Assembly: GCA_028534125.1 (NCBI GenBank)
Contig: CM052816.1
Location: 55,244,001 to 55,308,000, forward strand
DNA from: Lama glama
Lineage: Eukaryota
Length of the DNA: 64,000 bases
Direction of reading: 5' to 3'
Part shown: piece after piece, positions 48,947 to 62,559 of the stretch
How positions within the stretch are numbered: the first letter of the stretch is position 1
Layout of the letters: each line of letters starts with the position of its first letter
The notes under the pieces: generated by a model
The model's input: the letters and a program-made list of their open reading frames with translations, nothing else
Databases searched by the model: none
What the model was told of the DNA's origin: nothing
Translations under genes and position numbers: made by a program

Positions 48947-50198
48947 CAGGATTTCTTTTTGCACATTCTTTCCCACTTGCCAGTGACATCTTTCTGCTAG
49001 GTTTGTATACTCCTCTCTAACCTCCCTACCTCCAAAGGTCCACATGTTTTATCATGAAAGGAAACAACATCACAGTCCTTGTCCTGTGTTGGGATCAAAT
49101 AAATAACACCCTTCAACCTTCAACATTTTAATGAATATTAATTGGATAAGTTGGGCAGCATTTAACCAGTATCTATAATATGAGCGATGGTACTTATAAC
49201 AAGAGCAAATACTGACTGAGTCCTTATTGTATGTCAAGCGTTATTTTAAGTGCCTTACATATATGATTCCCTACGATGACTCAATGAGGTGGGTACCCTT
49301 ATTGGCCACATTTTACAGACGAGGAAACCAAAGCCCAGAGAGGCTGGATAAATGGCCCCAAATCACAGTTAATGAATGAAGGAACTAGGCAGGATTCAAC
49401 CTGGGCTGACTGGCTCCTGAATTTCTGCCCTGTAGGGTTAGGATATACCATTTGCCTGAGAATTCTGCTCTGCCTTGAGTAGAAACAAAAATACCACTAA
49501 AGCCATGAGACATGACTATTGAAGCCTTTGTTAGAAAATAAACATGAAAATTAAGCAAAATAAATGTATAGTGAAAACAGCTTACTGAAACACCTGCTAC
49601 CTCTGCTGCTCCGGGGAAAGTATTTAATGCAGAAAATGCCCCAAAAAGGAAAACAAAACAAAAAAAAACCTCCACAAAACCCAATAACCCCAACAAAAAA
49701 TAGAACAATTTGTTTCCTCTGGTCTAACTTACAACCCGAAGTGATATATTATTTGTGTAATTACAATATGTTAAATAGAATATTGGTACTTTGGAATTGA
49801 GATCATCTAGACCAACCCACCACCAACCCACTACAGAAATTCCTTTTGCAATAGTCCGGCCAACCATCATTCAGCCTTGGTGGAACACCCACACTGACAT
49901 AAGCTCACCAATTGTAAGACGGCCTCTTTGGTGCATAGTTTTCTTACATGAAGATGAAATGTGCCTGTTTGTGAAGTTCAGTTATACATTCATCAAATGT
50001 TTACTGAACTCCTCTGCATGTCAGCCTCCACCATGAAACAGGCTCTGGGAATCCATTAGGAACTAAAATAGACACCTTGTTTTCAAGGAGCTTACTCTCA
50101 AGCACAATATTTTTTTAAGTTAGAGTTTTGCTTGTAACCACTGCATTTCCATTAATAGCATAATAATTTTTCTTACCAACCACATACAAGTTTCATAA

Positions 50199-51117
50199 TT
50201 TTTTTCCTATTGATTTACAATATTGTGTTAGTTTCAGGAGTACAGCATAGTGATTAGCGAGGGTTTTTTTTTGCAGATTCTTTTCCATTATAGGTTATTA
50301 TAAGATATTGAATATAGTTCCCTGTGCTATACAGTAAATCCTTGTCAGTTATCTATTTTATGCATAGTAGCTTGTTATCTGTTAATCTCATACTCATAAT
50401 CTGTCCCCCCCGTCCACTTCCGTCTTTGGTAACCATGTTTATTTTCTATGTCTGTCAGTCTGTTTCTGTTTTGTATATAGGAACATTTGTACTATTTTTT
50501 AGATTCTACATATAAGTGATATCATATAGTACTTTTCTTTTTCCATCTGACTTATTTCAGTAAGCATAATATTCTCTAGGCCCATCCATGTTGCTGCAAA
50601 TGGCAATACTCCATTTTTATGGCTAAGTAGTATTCCATTGTATATATATACCACAACTTCTTTATCCAGTCATCTGTCCATGGACGTTTAGGTTGCTTCC
50701 ATGTCTTGGCTATGGTAAATAGTGCTGTTATGAACATTGGGGTGCATATATCTTTTTGAATTAAGAGTTTTCTCTGGATATAGGCCCAGGAGTGGGATTG
50801 CTAGATCATAGAGTAGCTCCATTTTTAGTTTTTTAAAGAAAACTCCATACTGTTTTCCATAGTGGCTGCACCAATGTACATTTCTACCAACAGTGTAGGA
50901 GGGTTCCTTTTTTCTACACCTTCTCCAGTGTTAATTATTTGTAGCCTTTTTGATAATAGCCATTCTGACCACTGAGAGGTGACACCTCATTGTGGTTTTG
51001 ATTTGCATTTCTTTAATAATTAGTGATATGGAGCATCTTTTCATGTGTCTGTTGGCCATCTGTATGTCTTCTTTGGAAAAATGTCTATTTAGGTCTTCTG
51101 CCTATTTTTTTATTTTA
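50199..51117 (-). mobile_element. 5'-truncated L1 (cetartiodactyl-like)
   Basis: 3'UTR and ORF2 C-terminus homologous to the copies at 38039 and 44707. Confidence 0.92.
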
Positions 51118-51159
51118 AAGCAATCAGCTAAGTGCTTTCACCCCATGTTGAAATAACCT

Positions 51160-51610
51160 AAATGACTTCAACAACAGAATGGGTAGATACAAGGTAATCT
51201 AATCACTCTGCAGCTACGCTATGGAATATTGCACAACCCAAGAATGCACAAGCTACAACCACAGGTAACCACATAGATTCACTGCACAGACATAATGTTG
51301 AGAAAAAGCAGCTTGACAAGAAAGAGTGCACACTACATGATTCCATTTATAATTATTCAATGTTCAAATCAGGTAAAACCAATCACAATTATTAGAAATC
51401 AGATTGTGGTTACCCTTGGATAAACAACATCCTTTGGGGGCTAGTGACTGGGAGGGACATGAGAGGGCTTCCAGGGTGCTGGGAATGTTCTGTTTCTTAA
51501 TTTAGGTGCTGGTCACTCAAGTGTGGTCACTTTGTGAAAATTTATCAAGCTGTACACTCAAGATTTTTGTACTTTTCTGTATGTACATTGCACTTAAAAG
51601 TACAAAAAGA
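51160..51610 (+). mobile_element. L1ME-like 3' end
   Basis: atgattccatttata, gtggttacccttgg, gggtgctgggaatgttctgtttctt, cactttgtgaaaatttatcaagctgtacact. Confidence 0.8.
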
Positions 51611-52239
51611 AAACCATTATTAGAAATATTAAAGTCCATCAGGCTTAAGAAGAGCATAGGTCAGAAAATGGAAAGAATCCAATTCACGTTCTTCATCAGA
51701 ATGCATATAAGCCCTCATTACAGAAGATGAATTGGAAGAGAGCCAAAGCATTACCATTAATAAATATAGTCTTGGAGAAATATAGCCCCAATTTCCGTAA
51801 TGGGAAAAGTCACTGGCAGAGCTCTGCCACGTAATATGAATGAACAAGGGTAGTCACATTCAGACCTTCCCCAAGCTCTGAGGAGTTCTGCTGCCCAGAG
51901 TCCATCTGAGACAGCATCACCAGGGCGGCTTGGGTCCAGGACACCCCCTCTTCGCGGGAGGTCTTTCTGGATCATAGCCTCAGGCTTTTTTACTTCAAAA
52001 ATGCTGACTTGGCAGCTCCATTTCTTATTATGAGAGCGCTGCTGTATGTTCTTTGCATTTTATTTGAATGCTGTAGTATGTAGAGGGCACACTGGCTTTT
52101 AGAAAATAAGTTATCATTCAGCAGGAAAAGCTTTTATGGTTTTGTTTGGGATAGCAATTCTTTATACAATCGTATGGATTTGACCTGAATAGTCAATGTT
52201 TTGAAACAGACATACACTCATGTACTCAGAGTTCCCTCA

Positions 52240-52787
52240 ATAGCATACTCTCCTCTCCTCTTTTCTGCTTATTTTTTAAGACCCAACTCAAATGCCACCT
52301 CCTCGTTAAAGCCTTCCACAAAATCCCTTCAGAATTCACTGTGTTCTCATTTTCTTCTATTGAACTTTGTGTCTTTATCTTAGCTTTTCTAAAGTGAGAT
52401 AACTTGATAGAGCGGTATGGTAGCCTTGAATTACAAAGATCAAAGTTACTTAATTTTTCTGAGCCCAAAGTTTCTTTTTTTTCCAGTTATGGAATCTGGT
52501 TATTTTGAGGATCAAGAGCACCAGTAACACAGCTGGCAAAGAGATCAAAAGCAGACATTTGATTCTACCTCACCTAGGTCTATTTTTTTCAGCTAACATG
52601 CATCACCTTCTAATATGTGATAACTCTCATATATTAAGTTTATCATTTAGTATCTGTCTCTCTCCACTAGAGTGTAAGCTCTACACACTCCTTGTCTGTT
52701 TCATTCACAGGTGAGTTCCAAATGCCAAGAACAGTGCCAGCAACGTGGTAGGTGCTCCACAAATATTTGGGAAGTGAATGAATGAAT
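52240..52787 (+). mobile_element. L2 3' end with an internal MIR remnant
   Basis: ccactagagtgtaagctc...agaacagtgcc...gtaggtgctc...aaatatttg...tgaatgaatgaat. Confidence 0.8.
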
Positions 52788-53729
52788 TCCTTCTCACCCC
52801 TCCTGCAGTCCCACCCAGAAAGCCTGGTAGACTTATTAACATCACTAGCTTTAAGCTTTTTAGGGCAGGAATGCTCCTCAATGTAGCTTTTTTTAGCCCC
52901 CATAGAGCATGGCATAGTGCCTTGCGAATTGGACATTACTGAAAACTCGATAGCAAGTTTCCGAGCTATTAACATTCATACATAAAAGCAACATAAAATA
53001 GATTTAAACAATGAAGTTTAGATCAGCAAAACCTTTGCATTAGTGGCATAAAAAGGCATTGATACCTTAGCCCACACTTAGCATCTTGAGTCACAGTAGA
53101 TGAATTTATGTGTTGTTTGGTTTAAGATTACAACTAAGCCACTCAGTACTATCAATGTAGACATGTGAGAGGAGAGGGAAGAAATCAGAGCCAAAAGAGA
53201 GAACTGCTTGGTGTTATTAAATGAACTTTTTCCTTTTTTGTTTATTTACAATACAGAAGGAATGGCCTGCATGTACACATAAAGAAATGAAACAAAGTGT
53301 TTGGACAAAGAACTAGAAACAATAAAAATATACTAAAGTGATTGTACTCTGTGGTATTTGGCTTACACTGAATAAAGATTTGCAGTGTAATTAATCTAAC
53401 GCTGTTTCACTTAGAAAATGCAATATGCTTAGCTGTGTCATCTTGGGAAAATCACTTAGCCTCTCTGAGCTCCAGGTTCCCAATTTGGGGGAAAAAAAAG
53501 AGAGAGAAAATGAAATACACATTGGCTCATATACTGGAGTGGGGTGCAGTCTGGGGAATTGTTACTAAGCAAAAAGAAGTATATTTGGGGCTTTCCTAAA
53601 TTCTCTAAGAACTAGAAGGTGTACTGGTTAATTATCTGGACTTTGAAATCCTGTAGCCTGAACCCGAATGTGGGTTTCACTATGTGCCACCTGTGAGTTA
53701 CTTACGTCAACTTATGCTCCATGACAGCC

Positions 53730-54290
53730 AGATTTCTCTACAGCAAGTGGTAAGAGATGAAACTGCAGTCTTTTACATCTGAATCTCAGAAGGGACAGCC
53801 CATGAAGTCACTGATTACACAGACCAATCCTAGTTCAGGAAGACTACACTAGAGTGTAAATACCAGGAGCTGGGGACCAGTGGGGATGTTCTTGGAGGTT
53901 GGCCACCACAGATGGCACAAATGGCTGGGGGCTGGCAAGCATCTCTCTCTCCAAGTAGGAGAGATAGAACTACCACACAGCCAGCTTCCACATAGCTAGC
54001 TTGGGCTTCCTTACTACATGGCCATCTCAAGGTAATCAGGTTTCTAATAAGGCAGTTTGCCTCAACCAGAGTTAGCATTCCATGGCAAAACATGGAAGCT
54101 TCTAGTCTCCCTAAGGCCTGGGCTCAGAAATACTGGAAGCTACATCTGACTACATCCTATCGTTCAGAGCAGTCACAGAGTCTGCCTGGTTTCAAGGATA
54201 GGAAAAATAGATTCCAGTCTTTCGTGACAGAGGCTGTTGGATCAGAGAGATCAATCACAGCTATTGTTGGAAACACAATCCTCCACATGT
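53730..54290 (-). mobile_element. MLT1 LTR remnants
   Basis: gctagcttgggcttcctt...catggc...gagcagtcacag...tttcaagg motifs. Confidence 0.6.
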
Positions 54291-54739
54291 GGTGAAGACA
54301 GGAGAGTGGCATTGGTTCTTTGGAAGAGGTTAATGCTAAGCTAGGTTTGACACAAATTGAGACCTGGAATTGGAGAGAGGAAGTCCAATGCCAAGAGCTG
54401 TTCAGGGGCTGAATGTACTGTAGCTATAATGAGAAAAGCAGAGCCATGGAGGCCAGAAAGTGTGAGTCACTTGTGAGGATGTATGGAAATGTAGTTGGCA
54501 GGAAAAAGAAAGTCACATCAGGGGCAGACCAGAGGTAGAGACAAAGATAACTGCCAATAGTCCTGAATGATAAACTGAGAACCCAGCCTTAGAAGGAAAC
54601 GCTATAGATTTTGGAGGAAATGACACTTTTAGAAATACTTTTAAAGCAAGAAACTTGACATTGATGAGATATTTACCACATACCACTCACTTGGCTAAAT
54701 ATTTTAGATACTTTAGTTCATCTAATTCTTATACTAAGG

Positions 54740-54885
54740 CTATAGGGTGAGTATATTTTCTTCATTTTTTTAGATGAGGAAACTGAAGCTTAGGGAGTTT
54801 GAGTAACTTGCCAAAGTTTACAAAGCTATTAAGTACAGATCTGGGCTTCAAACTTAGGTCTGTTTGAAACTTCATCCTCTCAGTT
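54740..54885 (-). mobile_element. MIR (similar copies at ~20655-20820, 44330-44510, 49200-49420, 58250-58490)
   Basis: MIR core tttt(ac)agatgaggaaactga...agtaacttgcc(c)aa. Confidence 0.85.
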
Positions 54886-57076
54886 GCCTCATTGTTACTG
54901 TAAAGTCCCCCCAAAAGAAATCTTTCAGGTGTTATGAAGAAGAGGCACTTGAATGAGGTAGACCCAAGGGACTGACTTGTAGTCAAGATGGCCATTACGT
55001 CCATTACATCCAGAGTAACTGACCATGTGAGCAGCACCACGGACAGAACCAGGTGCTGCTGTGAATATGCGGGCTGCATGTAACACAGGGTATAGCTCGA
55101 CTCTCCAGGATCACAAGGTGGGACAAAGGAGCGAGCCTGTGTAAACATGGGCTGAGGGAGCTAGTAGAGGAAGCCAGAGGAGCTGTCCTGGGTGCAAAGG
55201 CAGAGCAGGGGAAGTCTCCTAGACTTGAGAGGCGTTCCCATAGGGGAGGACCCTAGATCCTCCACCAACTGTGAGTATTGTCTTCTTTGACTAATGCTAC
55301 AGCTTTAGAAAGAACTTGTATAGAGCAATGTGGGAGGATGAGATCCCCACCAGAGAGCCAGATCAGCCAAATCTACTCTGGCACCCAGTGGAGGTCAGGA
55401 GGCGGGTGTTGGTGATAAATATTTATCTAGACTGCCCTTACAACAGTGTTTAAGCCCTCCTCTTCCCTTTAGACCAAAGGCTAGAGAGCTCTGCCATGGT
55501 CCTTCTCTGGTTGCACCCCTCTGCAGGGGAAGTCTGCCAGATTAAAGAGATGCGCCCACGTGGAATCCATTCCCCACCTCCAAATACCCAGCATTGCAGA
55601 ATTCCCTGCCCAGGTGTCTTGAGCTTGCTTTCAGGGTTCCTACTGTCCTCTTAACTGAGGCCTTCTTTTCTTCCCTATGGTGAATTCTGCCAGTGCTCTG
55701 TGTACCCTTCAGACTAAGGGGGGCACCCAAGAGGCTACGGTTTAGCTGGTTATGGAGGCATAAAAAGAGCTTGGACACACGGCCTAGGATGTCCACACAC
55801 ATTTGCATGAGCACTTTGCAAGGAAGGAGAAAGCCAGAGATAGGAAGAGAAGGAGGTCTGACTGGGGCAAAACTCAGAGAACTTGAGGTTCTAAATCTGA
55901 ACTTGGCCTTTCAGTGAAGATAGGAGAATGGAGTATATTTTATCTATCTTTGGTTAGCTTAGCTGTAACTTTAAAATTTTGGATGTACAGAGCATAAGCT
56001 TTGACTTGTCTTCTTGCCCAAGCCCCAGAGGAACGGGCCTGTGAATCCTGGCACAAGCTTGAAGAAGCTGTTTATTAGAACTGCTCTCCCTCTCTGCTCC
56101 CCCACACCAGCTCCACTCACTGGTCCCTCTGCCCAGCAGCACACACTCCAGCTCTGGAAGCTTGATGACAGCTGTTCCTGACCATGTGCATTAAGACAAG
56201 TAGAAAGTTGCCTATTTTGGAAAGCTATGCTATCACAACTTCCCTACTTCCTGAAGCAGATAATTTTTAACTGTGCTGTATCTCTAACTTTTCACTTTGA
56301 AAACAGGACCAAAAGAGTAGCGTCCAGAATCCCCACAGCCTTGCAAGGTAGCTGGCACGGCAAGGTTATGGAGCTGTGAATGAGGGCTTAGCTCTTCTCA
56401 CCAGCCCACTCCTACACCATCAACTTTCCAGAGGTGGAGGGAAACTTGGCTTCCACACTAACTGTGTGCAAATGTTCACATTTAGCTCACTTGCTTTACA
56501 AGGCACATCCAGGATTTAAAATGTTACCCCCAGACTGCATCTTTCTTCCTCCCCACGGTTGCTCTCTTTGTGCCAACTCTCTTACACCAGCCTACAAATG
56601 TCATTCAAAAAAGTCTTCACACAATTTAATATTGTACTTCTATTCAAATGAATATTTTAATTTGGTACCATTTTTGCATCTTCTACCTGATGATATCAAA
56701 GGCATTTTCTGTTGCATTATTCAGTATTCTTTGAAGAAAAACCTATGCAAATTCCTCTTACAATTCAGTGCCAGGAAGCAGTTCGTTTTACTGGAAGAAC
56801 GGGAATGATTCATTTAAAGTGATAACAACTGACCTTTTAAACCATTTTTTTCTTCTTCTTTTTTTTTTTTTTTGCATTGACTATGAAGAATCTCCAAGTT
56901 AATCTGAATACTCACAGTAATCATCTGATTCTAGCTTCCTGATTCAATTATCTTTTGTGTTCCTTAGTCTAGTCTCACTTATTCCACCTTTATTTTTTAA
57001 CTATTCTATGTGTTTAAGTGTGTTTTACTGTTGAATGTTGAAGATAAAAGAGTTAATTCTTTTGTTTAGAAGCAGG

Positions 57077-57128
57077 TAGATGTATATAGCTTATTATAAA
57101 TAAATAGATGTATATAGCTTATTATAAA
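57077..57128 (+). repeat. Tandem duplication, 24-bp unit with 28-bp period
   Basis: tagatgtatatagcttattataaa at 57077-57100 and 57105-57128. Confidence 0.95.
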
Positions 57129-60091
57129 ATATAAGTTAAGTATGTGCATACTTACTTTACTATGCTGTCTTTGTGTACAAAATACTATTACTCTTATGAG
57201 AATATGTAGCTTGAATTTTGGTAGCAGTGAGTCGAAGAGTGACATCCGTTTTCTCTTTGTTTCCTTTAAGTTATAAAAGTCTACAGAAGAACCAGCATAT
57301 ATCCACATGGCCTAGCAGAGGTATTGCTGTAGCTCGAACCACGGACATGATACCCCTTAAGCAGCTACCTTTCAGTGTCTTGTCAATGCAAGGAGGGTGT
57401 TGGACCAGTTAAGATCCCTTCTGGTTTCAGTATTTTCTATCCCATGCCCTGAACCTTAACCACCTAGAGGTAATAAAACTGCACACAAATGAGATAACCC
57501 CTGGTTTTCCTGCTTGGTCATCTGACATGCTCCAGGAGGGTTAGCCTTTCTTCCCGGGGAGAAGACACGTAGTGTGTCTCCAGGATTGCAACAGCAAGAG
57601 TTGAAGATATGAGTCATGTCACAGGCAAGAACCAGTCACCATTGTTGAGGGCTAATCAGGAAGCAGAGGACAGGGCAGGAGCCCATGCTGACCAAGCCTG
57701 TGTCGAGAATTGGGGCCTCATCAGTCTCATTCTTCCTCCAGGGTGTGGCCATACCTTCTGCTGACCCGAATGCTTAGCCCTCTGTAAAGCAATTGCTAAA
57801 AAAAAAAAAAAAAAAAGCTAGTATCATTATAGAAACACTAAACTGAGAACCCTTGAAAATGAAGCTTTGTATAATATCTCGTGCTGCCTGGAAGAGAAGA
57901 AACCTAACTGAAGTTTCTCATGTGCTTATCTGAGCATTTACAAAGCAAGGCTGCATATTTACTCAATCATATTATTCTCCTGAGCTGTTACACAGTTCTT
58001 CATTAATGCAAAGGGGAGGTGATGTAGTCTGAGCTGCCTTGCAAAAAGCTCTAATCTTCTCAGAGATATTTCACAAGCTATTCAAGAATTATGCAAAATA
58101 TAAAAGGCTTTAATTCCCATCTTACTTGTGTACCATCAGTTCAGGGTATATTGAGAATGTTTTTCCTTTGTATAAACTAAGAGAGGTTCACTTGCTCTTT
58201 AGGATTCGTTATTTTCAGTGAATGATGTGAGTGACCAGTGATGTGACACAGTTTCCACATTGTTATCACTTTACTGTGTGCCTGGAGCTTTATGTGCCCT
58301 ATCTATAATTTATATGACAATTCTGCAATATAAATGATATTACCATCACACCACCCTCATTTTGCAGATTTTGAAACTGAGGCCTATAAAAGTTAAGTAG
58401 CAAGCTCAAAGCCACATGCTAGGTAAGTGCTTGATCTTGGAGTCTGGCCACGATCTGCCTGGCTCAAAACCCATGGTATTTCCACTATGGAGCACTTTCC
58501 CCAACCATCAATCCCGCTACTTCCAGCCTAACAAAGAACCTTGCATTCACTCATTCATTCAAACATCTGATTTGCACAATTAGTGCACTAGGTCTTGTAC
58601 ACCACACAAGAAGAGGAATAAATAATAAAATACAGTCCCTGCCTCTAGAGAAATCACATTATTTTCTTTCATGCAACAGTTAGTCAATAATAGTAAAATA
58701 GCAGTTTTCTTTGAATATTTACAATTAAGTATATCATTTAGCAATATGTATCTATATTCCACCTTATTCCAAAGGGAAGGTTTTAGGAGGCTCCTTTCAA
58801 ACACAAAAGCAAATATATTTAGAGACTTCCCATTTCACTAGATTTGCTTTGGGTCTTATGAAGTGATGAATAAACTACTTTTTACCTTACTTGGGCTGGG
58901 CTATGAAGATACAGTTCTGATAACACCTCAGGAAATTCAGGGCAGCAAGTCAGCTTTTGGGAGGCTGAAAACCAAATGGTTGGGAAAGGTTCTGGTAAGT
59001 TGCTAAACTACTGAAGTACTTCTATCCCTACTGTAAAGAATATTACAGGGGCTGAACTGAGCAGTAGATGTAATTAATATAATTTCTAATGTCAACTCAT
59101 TAACTCAAGCTGATTACTATAGAATGTCACTTTGACCATTAACAAATGGGCCTCCTGTTGCAGTGTGACCTAGGTAACAAGAGAGAGATTGACTATACTA
59201 ACACCTCAGGCAGTCTTTTATGGGTTAGGCAATTTTGGAATATAATTGCCATTTTATCAGTAGACGCTTGGAGAAAGCACCTTGAAAGCCAAGTGCAATT
59301 TCATATTTCCTGAAACTACAATTCACCTGATGATATTGTCCAACTGCAGTCAGGTAACTGAGCCTGGGAGTAGCCCTTGGCAGGCACGGAGGAGCTCAAA
59401 GTGACAGTGGCAGTTGGGGAGAAGGCAGGGCTTGCCTGCTGTTCTAGAGCCAGTCAACAGTATTGTGGGAGCCCAGACAGAGGGACTGGTGACATGGGAA
59501 GTGGGTGCCATTATTGGCAGAGTTGGAGATGGAGTTTCTCTGAGTCCAGATTGTGTGAAAAGGACCAGCATCAAGTGTATCCCTACTTGTGATGAGCAGG
59601 GAAAGTGCCCAGTGACTGCAACAGAATCCCAGGAAGCAGGGACCCAAAAAGAGTCAATTTAATGGGGAAGTTATTAGAAGAGTTTGATGCAGTCCCTTTA
59701 CCAAATGGTGGCTCAGACAGACGCACCATTTAGCCAGGGACAGCCAGGTCAGAAAAAAGCCCACACCTGCAATTTTTAAAATTCAACCAATCATTTCAAA
59801 GCATTAGAATGATTTGCTGAATAACCTGCACCATATATTTGGCTTGGTGAGCAGTTGTATGCTGTATCATTTAGTTGATTTAGAGAATACAGGAAAAAAT
59901 TTTTAATGTTTGACTTATATATTAATTTATATTACCAGGCTAATAAATGTTGTTAATTATTTTGAATATCACTCATGGAAAGGCCCCATCCTGGAGCCAG
60001 CAAAAGCTCCACCGGCTGTCCTCACTCCAGAAGGAGGCGCATTTGTAAACGAGACTGCCCTGAGAGAGCCAATCAGAAGAAGGCTGCCAAC

Positions 60092-60568
60092 AGAGATGAT
60101 CACACTTGGTGAAGTGAGTCAGACAGAGAAAGTATCATATTATATCACATATATATGGAGTCTAAAAAAATGATACACGTGGACTTATTTACAAAACAGA
60201 AATAGTTTCACAGACATAGAAAACAAACTTCTGGTCACCAAAGGGGAAGGTGGGGGAGGGATCCTACACTTGACCTTAGCCAAAAGGCTGAGAAGCAATG
60301 AGGGAGGGATAAATTGGGAGCATGGGATTAACAGACACTAACTACTATATATAAAATAGATAAACAAGGTCCTACTGTATAGCAGAGGGAACTATATTCA
60401 ATATCCTGTAACAGCCTATAATGCAAGAGAATCTGAAAAAGAATACATATCTATGTATAACTGAATCACTTTCCTGTACACCTGAAACATTGTAAATCAA
60501 CTAAACTTTAATCAAAAAAATAAATGAAGGATACCAAAAAAAAACATTTTAATAAAAAATTTTTAAAA
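60092..60568 (+). mobile_element. 5'-truncated L1 3' end with perfect 17-bp TSD
   Basis: TSD agaagaaggctgccaac at 60075-60091 and 60569-60585; L1 3'UTR motifs (gggagggataaattgggag, gggaactatattcaatatc). Confidence 0.95.
60260..60299 (-). pseudogene. RNU2: U2 snRNA 5' fragment (nt 1-40), tailless retropseudogene
   Basis: Reverse complement attgcttctcagccttttggctaaggtcaagtgtaggatc versus U2 atcgcttctcggccttttggctaagatcaagtgtagtatc (36/40). TSD gggggagggat (60252-60262) / gagggagggat (60300-60310). Confidence 0.92.
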
Positions 60569-61627
60569 AGAAGAAGGCTGCCAACCATACACAGGATGCC
60601 TCCTAGAATTGTGCAAAGTGATGGCTCTGAGCCATATATGCATCCTTTACTAATGCAGATTACATCATTATTAGAGCAAATCAGCGGTACTTACTCCTAT
60701 GGGTCCCTTTCATTGCTAAGGTCATAATCCGCAGGTGACAACTACCTCTTTGAATCCTTGATCCATCACTTCTAGAATGCTCTGTGGTCAGTGAGTCTGC
60801 GAAGTGTTCCAAGGCTCCTTTCTTCTCCAAAAGCTCTTGGGTGTGATTCCTAGTCTTTAGACAAATAAGGGGGGAATATTTTTAAAAGGAATTTTACAGG
60901 AATAAAGGAAACCAAGCCTCTGAGCAAAGCAGTCGGTCTTGCTGGAAAATTATTAAACCAAACCAAAATATATAGACATTCTTTCCTATATAGGGTCCCT
61001 AGACAGTAGCCTATATTAAGAAATAAAGTATTTTCTAGTTACACAAAATTTCCTAGGATTTAAAATAAGAAATAGGTCATCTTCAAAATCCTTACCTTTA
61101 AAATGATTTTCTTGACCCTTCAACCCTATGAAAGAATCACCATAGAATTTGGGTTTGAGGTAGCCTGGATGGAAATCTGGCTTTGGAATGGAACGGCTCT
61201 ATTCAATCAAGTTCTAAAAAGAAGGGACTGATGCAGAGACTAAACCCACTTCGAGAACCTGCTCTGATTGCAGTTGCTGGTTGATGGTTCTACCCAGAGT
61301 TCTTGTTAAAAGATGCCAAATTGAATTCTAAGCTAACATTGTAATTTTTATCCCAAAGCAAACATCACATGGGAAAAGGCATTGTAATGGATGGGTTGCA
61401 GGTTAAGCTGAATATTTTAAAAGCAAATTCTTCTTGGCCCTGTGGAGGGGCCAAATATTTGTTTACCTACCCTTGAAATTACATGTGTTTTCTGAATAGG
61501 GTAGATTAAAATGGCTAGAGACTTTGTAGTTGATGTAAGGGAAATAGGGGGTTTGGGGCTGGTTGGTTGGTTGGTTGGTTTGTTTTTTACTCTAACAAAT
61601 GCTGTTTGAGCATTACAGTCGGATTTA

Positions 61628-61785
61628 GAGCTTTCTCAGATTCTGGTTGAAAAATCACTGTGATGCTTGTTAAAATGCAAATTCCTGTGCCCCACCTCAT
61701 ACGTAGTGAATGATTCTCTGGGAATGGAGCTGGAGAGTCTGCATTTTAACAAGAATGCAGTGATGATTAAGAACAGTGAGTCTGA
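61628..61785. mobile_element. MER5-like element
   Basis: gcttgttaaaatgcaaattcctg...tctgcattttaacaag. Confidence 0.7.
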
Positions 61786-61962
61786 GAGTATCTGTTCTAT
61801 AGGACAGGGACTGATGACATTCATTCATTCATGTTACTCATTCTGCCGTTTGTTCACTCCACAGACATTTATTGAGTGCGTTCTCCTGAGTGCTGGGAGT
61901 TTAGGATAAACAGAACACAGTTTATGTTCTCCAACAGCTTAAGGTCTAGGTTTAATTTGTGC

Positions 61963-62179
61963 TAATATTTCTCAACTGAAGCAATATTGCCCTCCAGGGG
62001 TCATCTGGCTATTTCTGGAAACATTTCTGGCTGTCATGACTGGGGGTGGGGGTGGCATCGAGTGAATAGGGGCCAGGAAGCTGCTGTAAATTCTACAGTG
62101 CACAGGACAGTTCTCTCCGTGGCCAAAATAAAAATGATCTGCTCCAAAATGTCAGTAGTGCTGAGGTTGAGAAACCCTG
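61963..62179 (+). mobile_element. MER20
   Basis: ttctcaact...tctggaaacattt...tggcatc...ggccagg...aaatgtcagtagtgctgaggttgagaaaccctg. Confidence 0.9.
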
Positions 62180-62559
62180 ATTTTCACTGTACTGCTTCAC
62201 TCAACCAGGACAATCACTGGAATCAGCTAGAAGCTTTGCACATACCCACATCCTCCAAATTACTGTCTGACAAACGTGCATCTGTATTTAAAAGTGGAGC
62301 TGGAGCGTGAATCTGTGGGCCATGATCGCTAGATGTTAGAGTTAAACAAATCTCGCTTTACAGTGTGAAAAACAGAAGGAACTTTCATCTGTGCCATAAG
62401 AAGTCTCCAGTGACATGATCTCGTTACTCTACCGACATGATTTTATAAATAAAGACATGTTGCCAAACTGGTTGTGGATTCTCTCTACAGTCCCAGCTAA
62501 CCAACAGTCCAAGTGTTGCTTAATAAACAATTTACCATTGTTTAAAAAAAAATACCATG

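Noticed and set aside
54935..55445. Possible ancient LTR-like blocks (also ~19080-19533, 43670-43900, 59380-59660)
   Set aside because: LTR-like composition, but I cannot assign a family or boundaries without a Dfam search, so they are not listed as features.
60260..60299. Functional U2 snRNA gene
   Set aside because: Only the first ~40 nt are present; no Sm site, no snRNA promoter context, and it is flanked by TSDs.
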